From a virus, in the IMG/VR virus record IMGVR_UViG_3300044782_000023: DNA of 64,000 nt; one strand, given 5' to 3'. Shown one piece after another: positions 18,310-27,910 of this stretch. Under the pieces are notes generated by a model. The model did not search any database. It was not told the origin of the DNA and was given only the letters and a program-made list of their open reading frames with translations. The position numbers and the translations under genes were made by a program. How positions within the stretch are numbered: the first letter of the stretch is position 1; the number at the start of each line of letters is the position of its first letter.

Positions 18310-19809
18310 ATGAGAAGAAACATGCGCACCAAGATCAATCCGTTGGCGCCCGCGCTGGCTGTGGGCGCCGCGCTTGTCCTGGTCGGGACTGTCGCTTTCG
18401 CCGCACCATCGCGGCTGGCGGTCGTGCCTGCCAACCCGACGCAGCAGGAGGCGCTGGACGGGTTGGACACGGCCCGGCTGTATATACAGCAGCATCCTGA
18501 CGCGGTGATCCCCACAACGCCACCTCCGACCGCGAGCACTGATCCAGCAAATTTCTCAGCCACGGCCGGTGACCAGAAGATCGTCCTTGCGTGGGCGAAG
18601 CCGCTCGGCGGCACACCGACCGGATACATCTACGGGCGCAACGGTATCGACAGCACCGGCTATGGTGCGTACACCTCCCCGGTCCAGTCCGCGACGACTT
18701 TCACGGTCACTCTCGATAAGTTGATCAACGGAACGGCTTATCAGGTGTTCGTCGAAGCCGTTTATGCCAGCGGCAACAAGCGGGCCACCCTGACTCGCAC
18801 GCCGACGGGAACTGCTACGCCGACCGCTGCGCCGACGGGAACTGCTACGCCGACCGCTGCGCCGACGGGAACTGCTACGCCGACGGGAACCGCTGGCACC
18901 CGGCCATCTGGGTTGGCCTGGTCATCGGGCGTCTGGGCGAACGAGGACCGGACCGCGACTCAGCGTTTCAAGACCGAGGTCCGTGGCGGGCTCCAGTTGG
19001 ACAACCTGTTGGTCTACACCTGGCGCGACTCGATGGCGAACCAGAACCTCCCGGCCATGTACCGCGCCGGTCTGCCAGCAGACTTTGATCCGGCCACCCA
19101 GGACCTCGTGCTGGCGCTGACTACCTGGACCGCCGATGGCGCTTCGATGACCAACGCGCAAGCACGGGGCATCGGGACGTCGATCTGCGGTGTCGACTCC
19201 AACGCGATCGTCCGGCTCGACTGGGAGATGAACCTCAACGATGGGGCCGGATCGAACGGTGCGGCGCTGACGTCGTCTAACTATTCGGCGTGGGTGGCCC
19301 GGTTCCGGGCCGCCGCGACTGGGCTGAAGGCTACCTGCCCCGGCATCCGGATCGACTTCAACCCCAACCACGGGGCGGACCAGACGCCCGGCTGCAATAC
19401 GTCGCCGGTGGCAACCCAGTGTTCTCGCCGGGCTTTCCAGGCGTTGAAGGATGTCATCGATATCTTCGGGATCGATCGTTACGACTCGTTCCCGCCCGTC
19501 ACAGCGTCCGGGTCTGGCTGGTCCAGCCACCTGAACGGCTTCAACGAACTCGACGAGTCCCGGACATACGCGCTGGCGAACGGCAAGAAGTGGTCGGTCC
19601 CGGAGTGGGGCTTGTGGGTGTCCAGTAATAGTGGTGGCGGGGATGACCCGGAGTACATCGAACGGTATTTCACGTACTTCGCTGCACATAGCGCTGACAT
19701 CGCGTACGAGACGTACTTCAATGAGCCGAACTCGTACATCGTTTCCGACCTGCTGGATCACAACCCCAATGGCCGGGCCCAGTACCGGGCCAGCATCCTA
19801 GCCTCCTAG
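18310..19809 (+). CDS. secreted FN3 + GH26-like glycoside hydrolase, 499 aa
   Basis: Signal peptide; FN3; Pro/Thr linker; catalytic-like RLDWEMN and SVPEWG, DIFGIDRYD. Confidence 0.7.
   Translation: MRRNMRTKINPLAPALAVGAALVLVGTVAFAAPSRLAVVPANPTQQEALDGLDTARLYIQQHPDAVIPTTPPPTASTDPANFSATAGDQKIVLAWAKPLGGTPTGYIYGRNGIDSTGYGAYTSPVQSATTFTVTLDKLINGTAYQVFVEAVYASGNKRATLTRTPTGTATPTAAPTGTATPTAAPTGTATPTGTAGTRPSGLAWSSGVWANEDRTATQRFKTEVRGGLQLDNLLVYTWRDSMANQNLPAMYRAGLPADFDPATQDLVLALTTWTADGASMTNAQARGIGTSICGVDSNAIVRLDWEMNLNDGAGSNGAALTSSNYSAWVARFRAAATGLKATCPGIRIDFNPNHGADQTPGCNTSPVATQCSRRAFQALKDVIDIFGIDRYDSFPPVTASGSGWSSHLNGFNELDESRTYALANGKKWSVPEWGLWVSSNSGGGDDPEYIERYFTYFAAHSADIAYETYFNEPNSYIVSDLLDHNPNGRAQYRASILAS
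18801..18884 (+). repeat. 30-bp tandem repeat (about 2.8 copies) encoding the PTGTATPTAA linker
   Basis: GCCGACGGGAACTGCTACGCCGACCGCTGC repeated. Confidence 0.9.
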
Positions 19810-19874
19810 CACTGCTCTGGCACACTAGGCTAGAGCACGTAGATGACGCCCCCGAGCGTCTATAGCAGAAGTAG

Positions 19875-20891
19875 GTGGACGTCATCGCAGAGCGATCATC
19901 AGTTACCCAGAGTGTCCAGATTGGCGTAGAAACCGTCCCTGGCACTGCCGTCGCGGCAGGGAAACGACTCGGATCGATGGGCTTCAAGATCGGCCCGAGT
20001 ATCGATCCGAAGCCCCTGACGGTCATGGGAGCCAAATACCCCACCGTCATCATCCCCGGCAAGGAACTGACTGAGGCGGACATTTCCGGTTCGGCGGTGT
20101 ATACCGAGTTGCCCTACGCATTCTCCTCGGTCGTTTCCGCCGCAGTGGTGACCGCGATCATGGACGGCGCCACCCCAACGTTGGCATCCCGGTGGGTGTT
20201 CACTTCAAACACGTTCGGCGATGACGCTCCGAAGACCTACACGGTCGAGCAGGGGTCGGCGTTTCGAGCGCATCGGTTCTCCAACGCGATCATCACCGAA
20301 TACACCTGGTCATGGTCGCGTGAAGAAATCGAACTCGGCGGCACGATGATCGGCCGGGCGATCGAGGATGGCGTTACCTTGACGGCGACGCCTACTCTGC
20401 TCCCGCAGATACCGGTCCGGCCAGCGGAATTGTCGGTGTACATCGACTCCACGGCGGCCGGTCTGGGGACGACCAAGCAGTTGCGCACCCTCAAGGGCGA
20501 ATGCAACATCAGCGACAGGTTCGAGCCGCTGTGGGTAGTGGACGCCGCGCAGGCATCCTTCGTATCCACGGTCGAGGGTGAGCCGACTGTCGAGTTCAAG
20601 ATCACTCAGATGGCCGATACCCAGTCGGCCGCGAACCTGGTCGCGATGCGCAACGGGACCACGAAGTTCCTCCGGCTGCAAGCCATCGGGCCGGTCATCT
20701 ACACCAGCGCCACTCCGCTGACTGTCACTCACTCGTGCACGTGGGACGTGGCCGGGCAGGTTGTGGACGTGAAGCCGTTTGAGGATGAGGACGGTGTCTT
20801 CGCCATCGAATACACCTTCCGGGCCATCCATGACCCGACGTGGGCGAAAGCGTTCCAGGTCGAGGTCATCACCACTACCACCGCGCTGTAA
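19875..20891 (+). CDS. major tail protein
   Basis: Synteny, 338 aa, VQIGVETVPGTAV N-terminus. Confidence 0.8.
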   Translation: MDVIAERSSVTQSVQIGVETVPGTAVAAGKRLGSMGFKIGPSIDPKPLTVMGAKYPTVIIPGKELTEADISGSAVYTELPYAFSSVVSAAVVTAIMDGATPTLASRWVFTSNTFGDDAPKTYTVEQGSAFRAHRFSNAIITEYTWSWSREEIELGGTMIGRAIEDGVTLTATPTLLPQIPVRPAELSVYIDSTAAGLGTTKQLRTLKGECNISDRFEPLWVVDAAQASFVSTVEGEPTVEFKITQMADTQSAANLVAMRNGTTKFLRLQAIGPVIYTSATPLTVTHSCTWDVAGQVVDVKPFEDEDGVFAIEYTFRAIHDPTWAKAFQVEVITTTTAL

Positions 20892-20903
20892 GGGGACCCG
20901 TAC

Positions 20904-21257
20904 ATGAGGATTGATGAAGCGCTCGCTGAATCGAAGCCGCTGGCTGTGAAATTCAGCGGAGCCGTGCTCAACATCGAGTATCGGCCACCGGCGTACACCA
21001 TCCGTCAGATGACGGAGGCGGCGGCCGACAAGGACAATCCTGAGGCTCTGGTGAGGATGCTTCAGGACATCGTCATCGGCTGGGATCTGACCCGAATCGA
21101 GAAGTACTTCAGTGGCGACATCGGTTCCGAGCCGTTGGAACGCGAGGTCCCAGTCGACGTCACCAACCCCGATGACGTCCGCGATTACGTCCCGAACAAC
21201 ATCATCATGGGGATCATCAAGGCGATCCGGCAGGACAACGATCCTTCGGGGGAATGA
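20904..21257 (+). CDS. tail assembly chaperone (G)
   Basis: Between major tail and tape measure; ends in slippery G GGG GAA TGA. Confidence 0.8.
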   Translation: MRIDEALAESKPLAVKFSGAVLNIEYRPPAYTIRQMTEAAADKDNPEALVRMLQDIVIGWDLTRIEKYFSGDIGSEPLEREVPVDVTNPDDVRDYVPNNIIMGIIKAIRQDNDPSGE

Positions 21258-21469
21258 AGGCCCTCCGCCGCTACCTGGTGACGGATGGGGCGATGGGCGA
21301 AGTTCCGGAGTGGTTTTCGCTCATCACCGCAGCGCGCTACCTCGGTGTACCCCCGTGGGATCTGGCTGTGCGACCGGCTTGGTGGATGCATGTCGCGCTT
21401 GCGGCGCAGTCGGCGGAGAACGCCGCTAGCAAGAGGAAGCAGGTAAATCGCCATGCCGACGGTGGCTGA
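21248..21469 (+). CDS. tail assembly chaperone -1 frameshift extension (T part of GT)
   Basis: GGGGGAA at 21248-21254; -1 frame open to 21469. Confidence 0.75.
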   Translation, partial: GGMKALRRYLVTDGAMGEVPEWFSLITAARYLGVPPWDLAVRPAWWMHVALAAQSAENAASKRKQVNRHADGG

Positions 21470-24400
21470 ACTAGACGTCCAGATCAACGCCAAGGACGAT
21501 GCCTCCGCCACCATCATGGCGCTGGATGCGCTGTTGAAAGACCTGGACGGCGACGACGTCGACATCGACATCAACGCGAATACCGCTGCGGTGCAGGAGA
21601 AGATCCGCGAACTCCTGGCCCAGTTGCGGGAACTGGAGAACAGCGACCCGGACATTGACGTCACCGCCGATGTCGCCAGGGTAAAAGCGGAGATCGCCGA
21701 CCTATTCGCGTCGCTGCGGGAACTGGACTCCGCCGACCCGGACATCGACATCGACGTCAATACGGCCGGGGTGCGGGCGGAAATCGATGCACTCCTGGCC
21801 CGGCTGAGGGAACTGGACGCTTCCGACCCGGACATCGACATCGATATCAACACGGGTGGGGCGAGCGCCGAACTAGTCCGGTTGCGCGCGGAACTGAACG
21901 CGTTGCGGGATGAAACGATTCGCATCCGCGTTAACTCTGACGAGGTGCGCCGCGCCTCATCGGATATGAACCAACTGCGGAACTCGACCACACAGGCTGG
22001 CCGGTCTATGCGGCCTTTGACCGCCGCTGTCCTCGCGCTGGGTACAGCACTGATCCCGATCGGTGCTGTTGGTGTCGGCGCGATCATGTCCTTGGTGACG
22101 GCTTTCGCGGCGGCCGGTGTCGGAGCCGGGCTGTTCGCCGCTGTCGCGATCACCGCTTTCACACCGGTCAGGGCGGCGCTGAAGGACCTGAAGTCGGCAC
22201 AGGAGGAATACAACAAGGCCACCACCGACGCGGAACGGGATGCGGCACTCGCGAAGACTAAAGCCATCATGGACGAACTGGACCCGTCCATACGGAAAAT
22301 GGTCCAGTCGGTGCTCGATTTCAAGACCGCGTGGCGTGATTTCGCTGAGCAGTTCCGGCCGCAGATCTTTCAGATCGCGCAGGAGGGGCTGGCCGGGTTG
22401 ACCGCTCTCCTGCCGTCGCTGGCTCCGATGGTGCAGGGCGCGGCGGACGCGTTCCTGTCGCTGGAGCGTTCGCTCATATCGTCCTTGGGTAGCCCTTGGT
22501 GGCAGTCCTGGATGACCCTGATGGGCTCGGTGATGCAGCCACTCATCGAGGGCCTTGGCCGCAGTTTCGGCAACCTGATCACAGGGTTCGCGGCCCTCAT
22601 GGCTGCGTTCATGCCGTTGACGCTGGACTTCACCGGCGGTATGGAAGCGATGAGCCTGTCCTTCGCGAACTGGGCGAAAGGCTTGCAGGACAACAAGGGG
22701 TTCCAGGACTTCGTCGCTTACATCCGGGAGAACACGCCGCTGGTGCTGGCGTTGATCGGTGCGATGGCCGACGCGTTCGTCGCGCTGGTCATCGCTGGTG
22801 CTCCGCTCGGCGAGGCCCTAGTCATCATCGCCACCAACATGTTCAACATGATCGCCGCGTTCGCGGAAGCGAATCCAGCGTTGGCGACCGCCGTCCTCGC
22901 GATGATCGCGATCGGCGCGGTGGTCGTCAAACTCACTGGGCCGCTCCTAACGATCGGGAGGCTGTTCCTCATCCTCGGCTCCGCGCTTACCTTCGTAGCG
23001 CAGGGGCTGCTGGCTCTGGCCGGGTACTTCGTCGCCGGAGCCGCTGCCGCAGGAATCCTCGTTGTCGCCGTTCTCGCGATCATCGGGGCGCTGATCTACG
23101 CCTACTTCCATTTCGAGGCGGTCAGGAACATCGTCGATCAGACCGCAACCGCGATCGCGACGTTCGCGACGACCGTCTACACCGCGATCGTGAGCGGGCT
23201 CGGTGCGGCGGCCACCTGGTTGACGGCGACGTTCGGTCCAGCGGTGGAAGCCGTGATGACTTTCGTGATCGCGCAGTTCGAGAAGATCAGAACGTGGGCG
23301 CATGAGAACAGCGCGACGTTCCAGCAGGCGTGGCAGACCATCCTGGACTTCATTGCATTCGTGATGGCCGGTATGGGCACGGTTATCACTAACGGCCTGA
23401 CCGTCATCCAAGCCGTCTGGACCGCTGTCTGGCCCCTCCTGTCGGAGATCCTGCGTGGCGTGTGGGTGGCGATCCAGGGGGTTGTGACCGGGGCCCTGGA
23501 CATCATCCTGGGGACCATCCTGTTCTGGGCTGGTGTGCTGGCGGGCGACTGGACGGCTATGTGGGATGGGCTGTTGCAGATCGCGACTGGCATGTGGGAA
23601 ATGATCGCCGGAGTCTTCACCGGCGGGTTCATCATTCTCCAGGCTATTGCCAGGGCCGCCGAAGCGGTGCTAATGGCGACTCTGCAACTGCTCTGGACGG
23701 GGATCGTCGAGGGGTTCTCCGCCGCGTGGACAACAATCACCCAGGGGGCGACTGCCGCCTGGACGGGGATCACCACGGCCTTCGTCGCTGGGCAGACCGG
23801 AATCCAGGCTGGTGTCAACGGTTTCTGGACCGCCGTCCTGGAGATCTTCCTGGCCGGTTGGAATGAAATCGTCGAGGGGGCGACTGCCGCCTGGACGGGG
23901 ATCGCCACGGCCTTCGTCGCTGGGCAGACCGGAATCCAGGCTGGTGTCAACGGTTTCTGGACCGCCGTCCTGGAGATCTTCCAGGCCGGTTGGAATGAAA
24001 TCGTCGAGGGGGCGACCGTCGGCTGGACGTTGATCCAAACGATTTTCGTCGCTGGGCAGACCGGAATCCAGGCTGGTGTCAACGGTTTCTGGACCGCCGT
24101 CCTGGAGATCTTCCTGGCCGGTTGGAATGGGATCGTCGAGGGGACGACCGCTTTCTGGACGACGCTGACCATGCTGACAACCGCTGCGATGACGGGCATC
24201 CGAACGGTGATCACTACGGCGATGACGGGCATCCAAACGGTAGTCACCGCTGGCTGGAACGCGATCCTCCGCGCAGTCGAGGTGGCTCTGGCCGCCATTC
24301 TGGACGCCATCACCGCGGGGATGGCCGATGATGTCGCCGAAATCAACAACGGAGTCGAACAAATGGTCCAGGCTGTCACTGGAGCGGCCGGACGGTTCTT

Positions 24401-24869
24401 CGCCGCCGGGGCGTCATTGATGGAGAACTTGGCGCAGGGGATCGCTTCTGGGATCGGCCAAGCAGTCGGTGTCGTCGGCGACGCCATCGGCCAGTTGACC
24501 TCCTTGCTCCCGGGCAGCCCGGCCAAGACGGGTCCGCTGTCCGGCCAGGGGTACGCGCTGATCCGTGGCCAGCACCTGAGCGAGGACCTGGCGACAGGCA
24601 TCGCCAGCCGGGCCGGAATGGTGGCGCGGGCGGCCGGTGACATTGCCGACTTGATGACCTTGAACACGGACTCGGGGGCAGCGTTCAATGCCATCGCCAG
24701 AGGGACCCCAACCGGCGGCGGGGGCGGGGGTTATACCATCACGATTGCACCGGGAGCGATTGTGTTGCAGGTCGGCGACGGTGTCACCGCTGGTGAAGCC
24801 CGGGAAGCGTTCGACGGCGCGGCGGCATCGCTCGCGGACGAACTGCTGACAGCCCTCCGGAGGAGATAG
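21453..24869 (+). CDS. tape measure protein, 1138 aa
   Basis: Longest tail gene after chaperones; Ala/Gly-rich helical, 11-residue W/F periodicity. Confidence 0.92.
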   Translation: MPTVAELDVQINAKDDASATIMALDALLKDLDGDDVDIDINANTAAVQEKIRELLAQLRELENSDPDIDVTADVARVKAEIADLFASLRELDSADPDIDIDVNTAGVRAEIDALLARLRELDASDPDIDIDINTGGASAELVRLRAELNALRDETIRIRVNSDEVRRASSDMNQLRNSTTQAGRSMRPLTAAVLALGTALIPIGAVGVGAIMSLVTAFAAAGVGAGLFAAVAITAFTPVRAALKDLKSAQEEYNKATTDAERDAALAKTKAIMDELDPSIRKMVQSVLDFKTAWRDFAEQFRPQIFQIAQEGLAGLTALLPSLAPMVQGAADAFLSLERSLISSLGSPWWQSWMTLMGSVMQPLIEGLGRSFGNLITGFAALMAAFMPLTLDFTGGMEAMSLSFANWAKGLQDNKGFQDFVAYIRENTPLVLALIGAMADAFVALVIAGAPLGEALVIIATNMFNMIAAFAEANPALATAVLAMIAIGAVVVKLTGPLLTIGRLFLILGSALTFVAQGLLALAGYFVAGAAAAGILVVAVLAIIGALIYAYFHFEAVRNIVDQTATAIATFATTVYTAIVSGLGAAATWLTATFGPAVEAVMTFVIAQFEKIRTWAHENSATFQQAWQTILDFIAFVMAGMGTVITNGLTVIQAVWTAVWPLLSEILRGVWVAIQGVVTGALDIILGTILFWAGVLAGDWTAMWDGLLQIATGMWEMIAGVFTGGFIILQAIARAAEAVLMATLQLLWTGIVEGFSAAWTTITQGATAAWTGITTAFVAGQTGIQAGVNGFWTAVLEIFLAGWNEIVEGATAAWTGIATAFVAGQTGIQAGVNGFWTAVLEIFQAGWNEIVEGATVGWTLIQTIFVAGQTGIQAGVNGFWTAVLEIFLAGWNGIVEGTTAFWTTLTMLTTAAMTGIRTVITTAMTGIQTVVTAGWNAILRAVEVALAAILDAITAGMADDVAEINNGVEQMVQAVTGAAGRFFAAGASLMENLAQGIASGIGQAVGVVGDAIGQLTSLLPGSPAKTGPLSGQGYALIRGQHLSEDLATGIASRAGMVARAAGDIADLMTLNTDSGAAFNAIARGTPTGGGGGGYTITIAPGAIVLQVGDGVTAGEAREAFDGAAASLADELLTALRRR
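23744..24139 (+). repeat. three near-identical 132-bp (44-aa) tandem repeats in the tape measure
   Basis: Units start at 23744, 23876, 24008. Confidence 0.9.
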
Positions 24870-24872
24870 ACC

Positions 24873-27800
24873 GTGGCCACCACGATCACCACCACGAACC
24901 ATGGCGACGGCCTTCAGGGCAGTCCGGACAAGCGGCTGGACCTGGCGCCGGACGGCACCCTCTGGGCGCTTATCGTCGCACAGGGCAACCCCGGAACAGC
25001 GAAATTCTTCCGCAGTTCCAACGGTGGTGCGACCTGGACGTACGCCAGCGGAAGCGACATCTCCCTCGGCCAGTCCAGTGCGGTGCCGTCGTTCTTCATC
25101 GACGCGGACGGGTACGCGCACGTTTCGTGGATCAAGTGGAACGCGAATCCGCAGGTCGTGATCTACGCCCGGGGCAAGCCCACCGGAACCGCGACTACGG
25201 ATAGGGGGTGGTCCTGGACGAACCTGACGATCAGCCCGGCCAGTGGCCGTACCGGCGTGGACTCGGATCTGGTGGCGTTCCGTTCCGGGACCGGTTGGGT
25301 GGCGTTCGTGGCGTACGGGCTCGGCTCCGGAAACGGTTGCCAGGTCGCTCGGGTCACCATCACCGCCAGCGGTGCGCTCGCCGTCGGTGCGACCACCATG
25401 GGCCCGTCGACGGGCCTGGCCGCGTGGCAGTTCGGGTCGATCGAGTTCAACCACACCGGTGACGGCAAGACCGCCGCCGCCCTTCCGCACATCTACCTCT
25501 GCTCGGCGGTGCAAGGCACCAGTGCACCGGTCCGGGTGCAGCGGGCGCTGTACTCGGGTGGTTCCTGGACGTGGGAAGCGCCGGTGACCGCCGCGACCGG
25601 CGACGTTGTCAACACCACCATGTGCACCGTGTGGGACGGCGGGCTGCTGATGACGGCGGTCGCCCTGACCAGCGCGACCATACTTGTGTCGGAGTGGGAC
25701 GGTGCGGCCGGATCGGTGACGGCCCGTAACCCTCCGGCGGCGCCCGGCGGTACCGGCAACGTCCTGGGGCTGAGCCTGGCGGTCGATCCGGCCACCGACG
25801 ATGTCTACCTGGCGTACTACGACGCAACCGACGGTGACATCCGCTGGTCCAAGTTCACCCGGGGCGCGAACACCTGGTCGGCGTGGGCGGTCGCCGTTGC
25901 CCAGGGCGTACCCGGCGGGGACGGGAAGGTTTCCCTGGTCCGCCATCCCAGCCGTGACTCCGTGGACATGATCTTCGCGCAGGGTTCGGGTGGTTCCTGG
26001 ACGGTCCTGTCGCAGCAACTGGTGGCCCTGGTCCGGACGTCGGGGGCCCCGACGCTTGTCAGCCCGGCCAACGGGGCAGCGTTGGACCTGGCGGCCGGGG
26101 CGACGTTCACGTGGACGTACAACCCGGTCTCCCCCGGCGACACCCAGCAGGCGTGGGCGTTCAAGCGGGTGGAGGGTGCGACCACCGAGTACTGGAACGC
26201 GACGAGCCAGTCCTGGTCAGGGACGATCATCTGGAACACCACGGTCGCTGCCACACCGACCAGCGCGGTGTTCACCGCAGGCAAATGGACGAACGCTACC
26301 ACGTACACCTGGACGGTCGCGACCCGCTCCAGCACTGGCTCCGACTCGGCGTTCGCTGCTGTCCGGACCGTGATCGCGACGACGGCGCCGGTTGTTGTGG
26401 TGACCGCGCCATCGGGGATGACGTTTGCGGACTCCAGCCCGAACGTCGTGTGGACGTACACCTGCCTGGACGCGCAGCGTGACTACCGGGTGCGGATCAT
26501 TGAGGAGCAGGCCGGGATCGATCCGGATGTCACCACTCCCGTCTGGGATTCTGGTGTGGTGTCCTCGGCGATCGGCCGTTTCGTCCGGGTCGGGGTCAGC
26601 CTGACGAATGGCGCGGCGTACCGGGCGTATGTGAAGTCCACGAGTAGCGCGGCCGTCGCATCCGCGTGGGCCTACAGCCAGTTCGTCATCAGCATCGTCG
26701 CCCCCAATGGCCCGCTCGTCGAAGTCATCGACGAAATCCATTACGGCACCGATGTTCCCCGCGCCCGCCTGGACTTGCTGGCTCGCTCGTCCCTGCTGAC
26801 CGCAGCGCAGGACGTCGGCTCCGGCGGTTGGGAGGACGACACGAACAGCACGATCCTTCAGCAACTGGCCGATACGACGAACCAGTTGCTGCCCGGCATC
26901 AAGGTCACCAGTGTGGCTAGCGGGCTGATGGGTGTGCGGACCGTCCCCGGGAGCCCGCCACTGGCACCGTATGGGCAGGCGCAGCCTCCCGGACCGCTGT
27001 CCTTCCCGGCGGTGGCCGGGATCGTGTACACCCTGGTCGGCTCGGTGAAAGCCGCTGCCACCAGCCGGACCGCGCGTGCTCGCCTGCGCTGGTACGACGC
27101 GGACGACGGCACGGGCGCACTGATTTCGGAGTCTGTTGGTGACGCGGTGATCGTGACGTCGGGCGCCTACACGCAGACGGTGCTGACCGCTACCGCACCG
27201 GTCGGAGCCGTCCTAGCGCGGGTAGTATTCGAGATCCTGGGACCCACGGCGGCCGGTGAGATCTTCTACATCGCTGAGATGTCGTTCGCTCCAGGCCGCT
27301 CCACGAATTATCAGCCGGGTGGGTATTCGGCGACTCAGACGATCCGTGTGGAGCGCTCCGACGATGATGGCGTGACCTGGAAGGAAATCCTGTCCCGGGT
27401 CAAGCCGTCGCTGGCGCAGCAGGCGATCGCCACCGACCGGACCATGCCGTTCGGGGTCGACGTGAAATACCGCGCGTACACGGATGTTGATCCTGGCCTG
27501 GGTGCCGTGTTCACCAGCGCGGTCAGTCTGATTTCGACCATCAATTTGGACGCGGACCGTTGGGCCATCCGGGACCCCACCGATGACGACGGTGAGATCT
27601 ACGCTTACGTTGTCGGGCACAGGCGTTCCGATGACGAATCCTCAAGTGTGCACCGTCCTGCTGGCAGGGAGTTCCCGATCGTCGACACCGAGGGGCAGCA
27701 GGCTGCCGTCGGGATGCTTAGCGTTTTCGTTCCCGTCGCGGATATCGATTCGGCGGTCCTCGTGCTGCGCCGGACGGTTCCGATGATTGTTCAGGGGCCA

Positions 27801-27908
27801 ACTGGAATGATATTCCTGGCCCGCCTGCTACGCCGTGACTATAAGGTCGAGGCGCTCCGGCATCGGGTTATCGATATCGATTATGTTGACATTCAGGAGG
27901 CGCTGTAG
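24873..27908 (+). CDS. large minor tail protein (propeller-like N-part, FN3/Ig and carbohydrate-binding-like modules), 1011 aa
   Basis: Directly after TMP; RSSNGGATW and RSDDDGVTW Asp-box motifs. Confidence 0.7.
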   Translation: MATTITTTNHGDGLQGSPDKRLDLAPDGTLWALIVAQGNPGTAKFFRSSNGGATWTYASGSDISLGQSSAVPSFFIDADGYAHVSWIKWNANPQVVIYARGKPTGTATTDRGWSWTNLTISPASGRTGVDSDLVAFRSGTGWVAFVAYGLGSGNGCQVARVTITASGALAVGATTMGPSTGLAAWQFGSIEFNHTGDGKTAAALPHIYLCSAVQGTSAPVRVQRALYSGGSWTWEAPVTAATGDVVNTTMCTVWDGGLLMTAVALTSATILVSEWDGAAGSVTARNPPAAPGGTGNVLGLSLAVDPATDDVYLAYYDATDGDIRWSKFTRGANTWSAWAVAVAQGVPGGDGKVSLVRHPSRDSVDMIFAQGSGGSWTVLSQQLVALVRTSGAPTLVSPANGAALDLAAGATFTWTYNPVSPGDTQQAWAFKRVEGATTEYWNATSQSWSGTIIWNTTVAATPTSAVFTAGKWTNATTYTWTVATRSSTGSDSAFAAVRTVIATTAPVVVVTAPSGMTFADSSPNVVWTYTCLDAQRDYRVRIIEEQAGIDPDVTTPVWDSGVVSSAIGRFVRVGVSLTNGAAYRAYVKSTSSAAVASAWAYSQFVISIVAPNGPLVEVIDEIHYGTDVPRARLDLLARSSLLTAAQDVGSGGWEDDTNSTILQQLADTTNQLLPGIKVTSVASGLMGVRTVPGSPPLAPYGQAQPPGPLSFPAVAGIVYTLVGSVKAAATSRTARARLRWYDADDGTGALISESVGDAVIVTSGAYTQTVLTATAPVGAVLARVVFEILGPTAAGEIFYIAEMSFAPGRSTNYQPGGYSATQTIRVERSDDDGVTWKEILSRVKPSLAQQAIATDRTMPFGVDVKYRAYTDVDPGLGAVFTSAVSLISTINLDADRWAIRDPTDDDGEIYAYVVGHRRSDDESSSVHRPAGREFPIVDTEGQQAAVGMLSVFVPVADIDSAVLVLRRTVPMIVQGPTGMIFLARLLRRDYKVEALRHRVIDIDYVDIQEAL

Positions 27909-27910
27909 CC

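Noticed and set aside
21645-21835. GACCCGGA octamers resembling Streptomyces TraB recognition (clt) repeats
   Set aside because: Explained by Asp-Pro-Asp codons of the TMP peptide repeat, and 90 bp apart inside a coding region.
21185-26018. Long minus-strand ORFs (379, 505, 534 aa)
   Set aside because: Antisense to tape measure and minor tail genes; they only mirror the sense-strand repeats.
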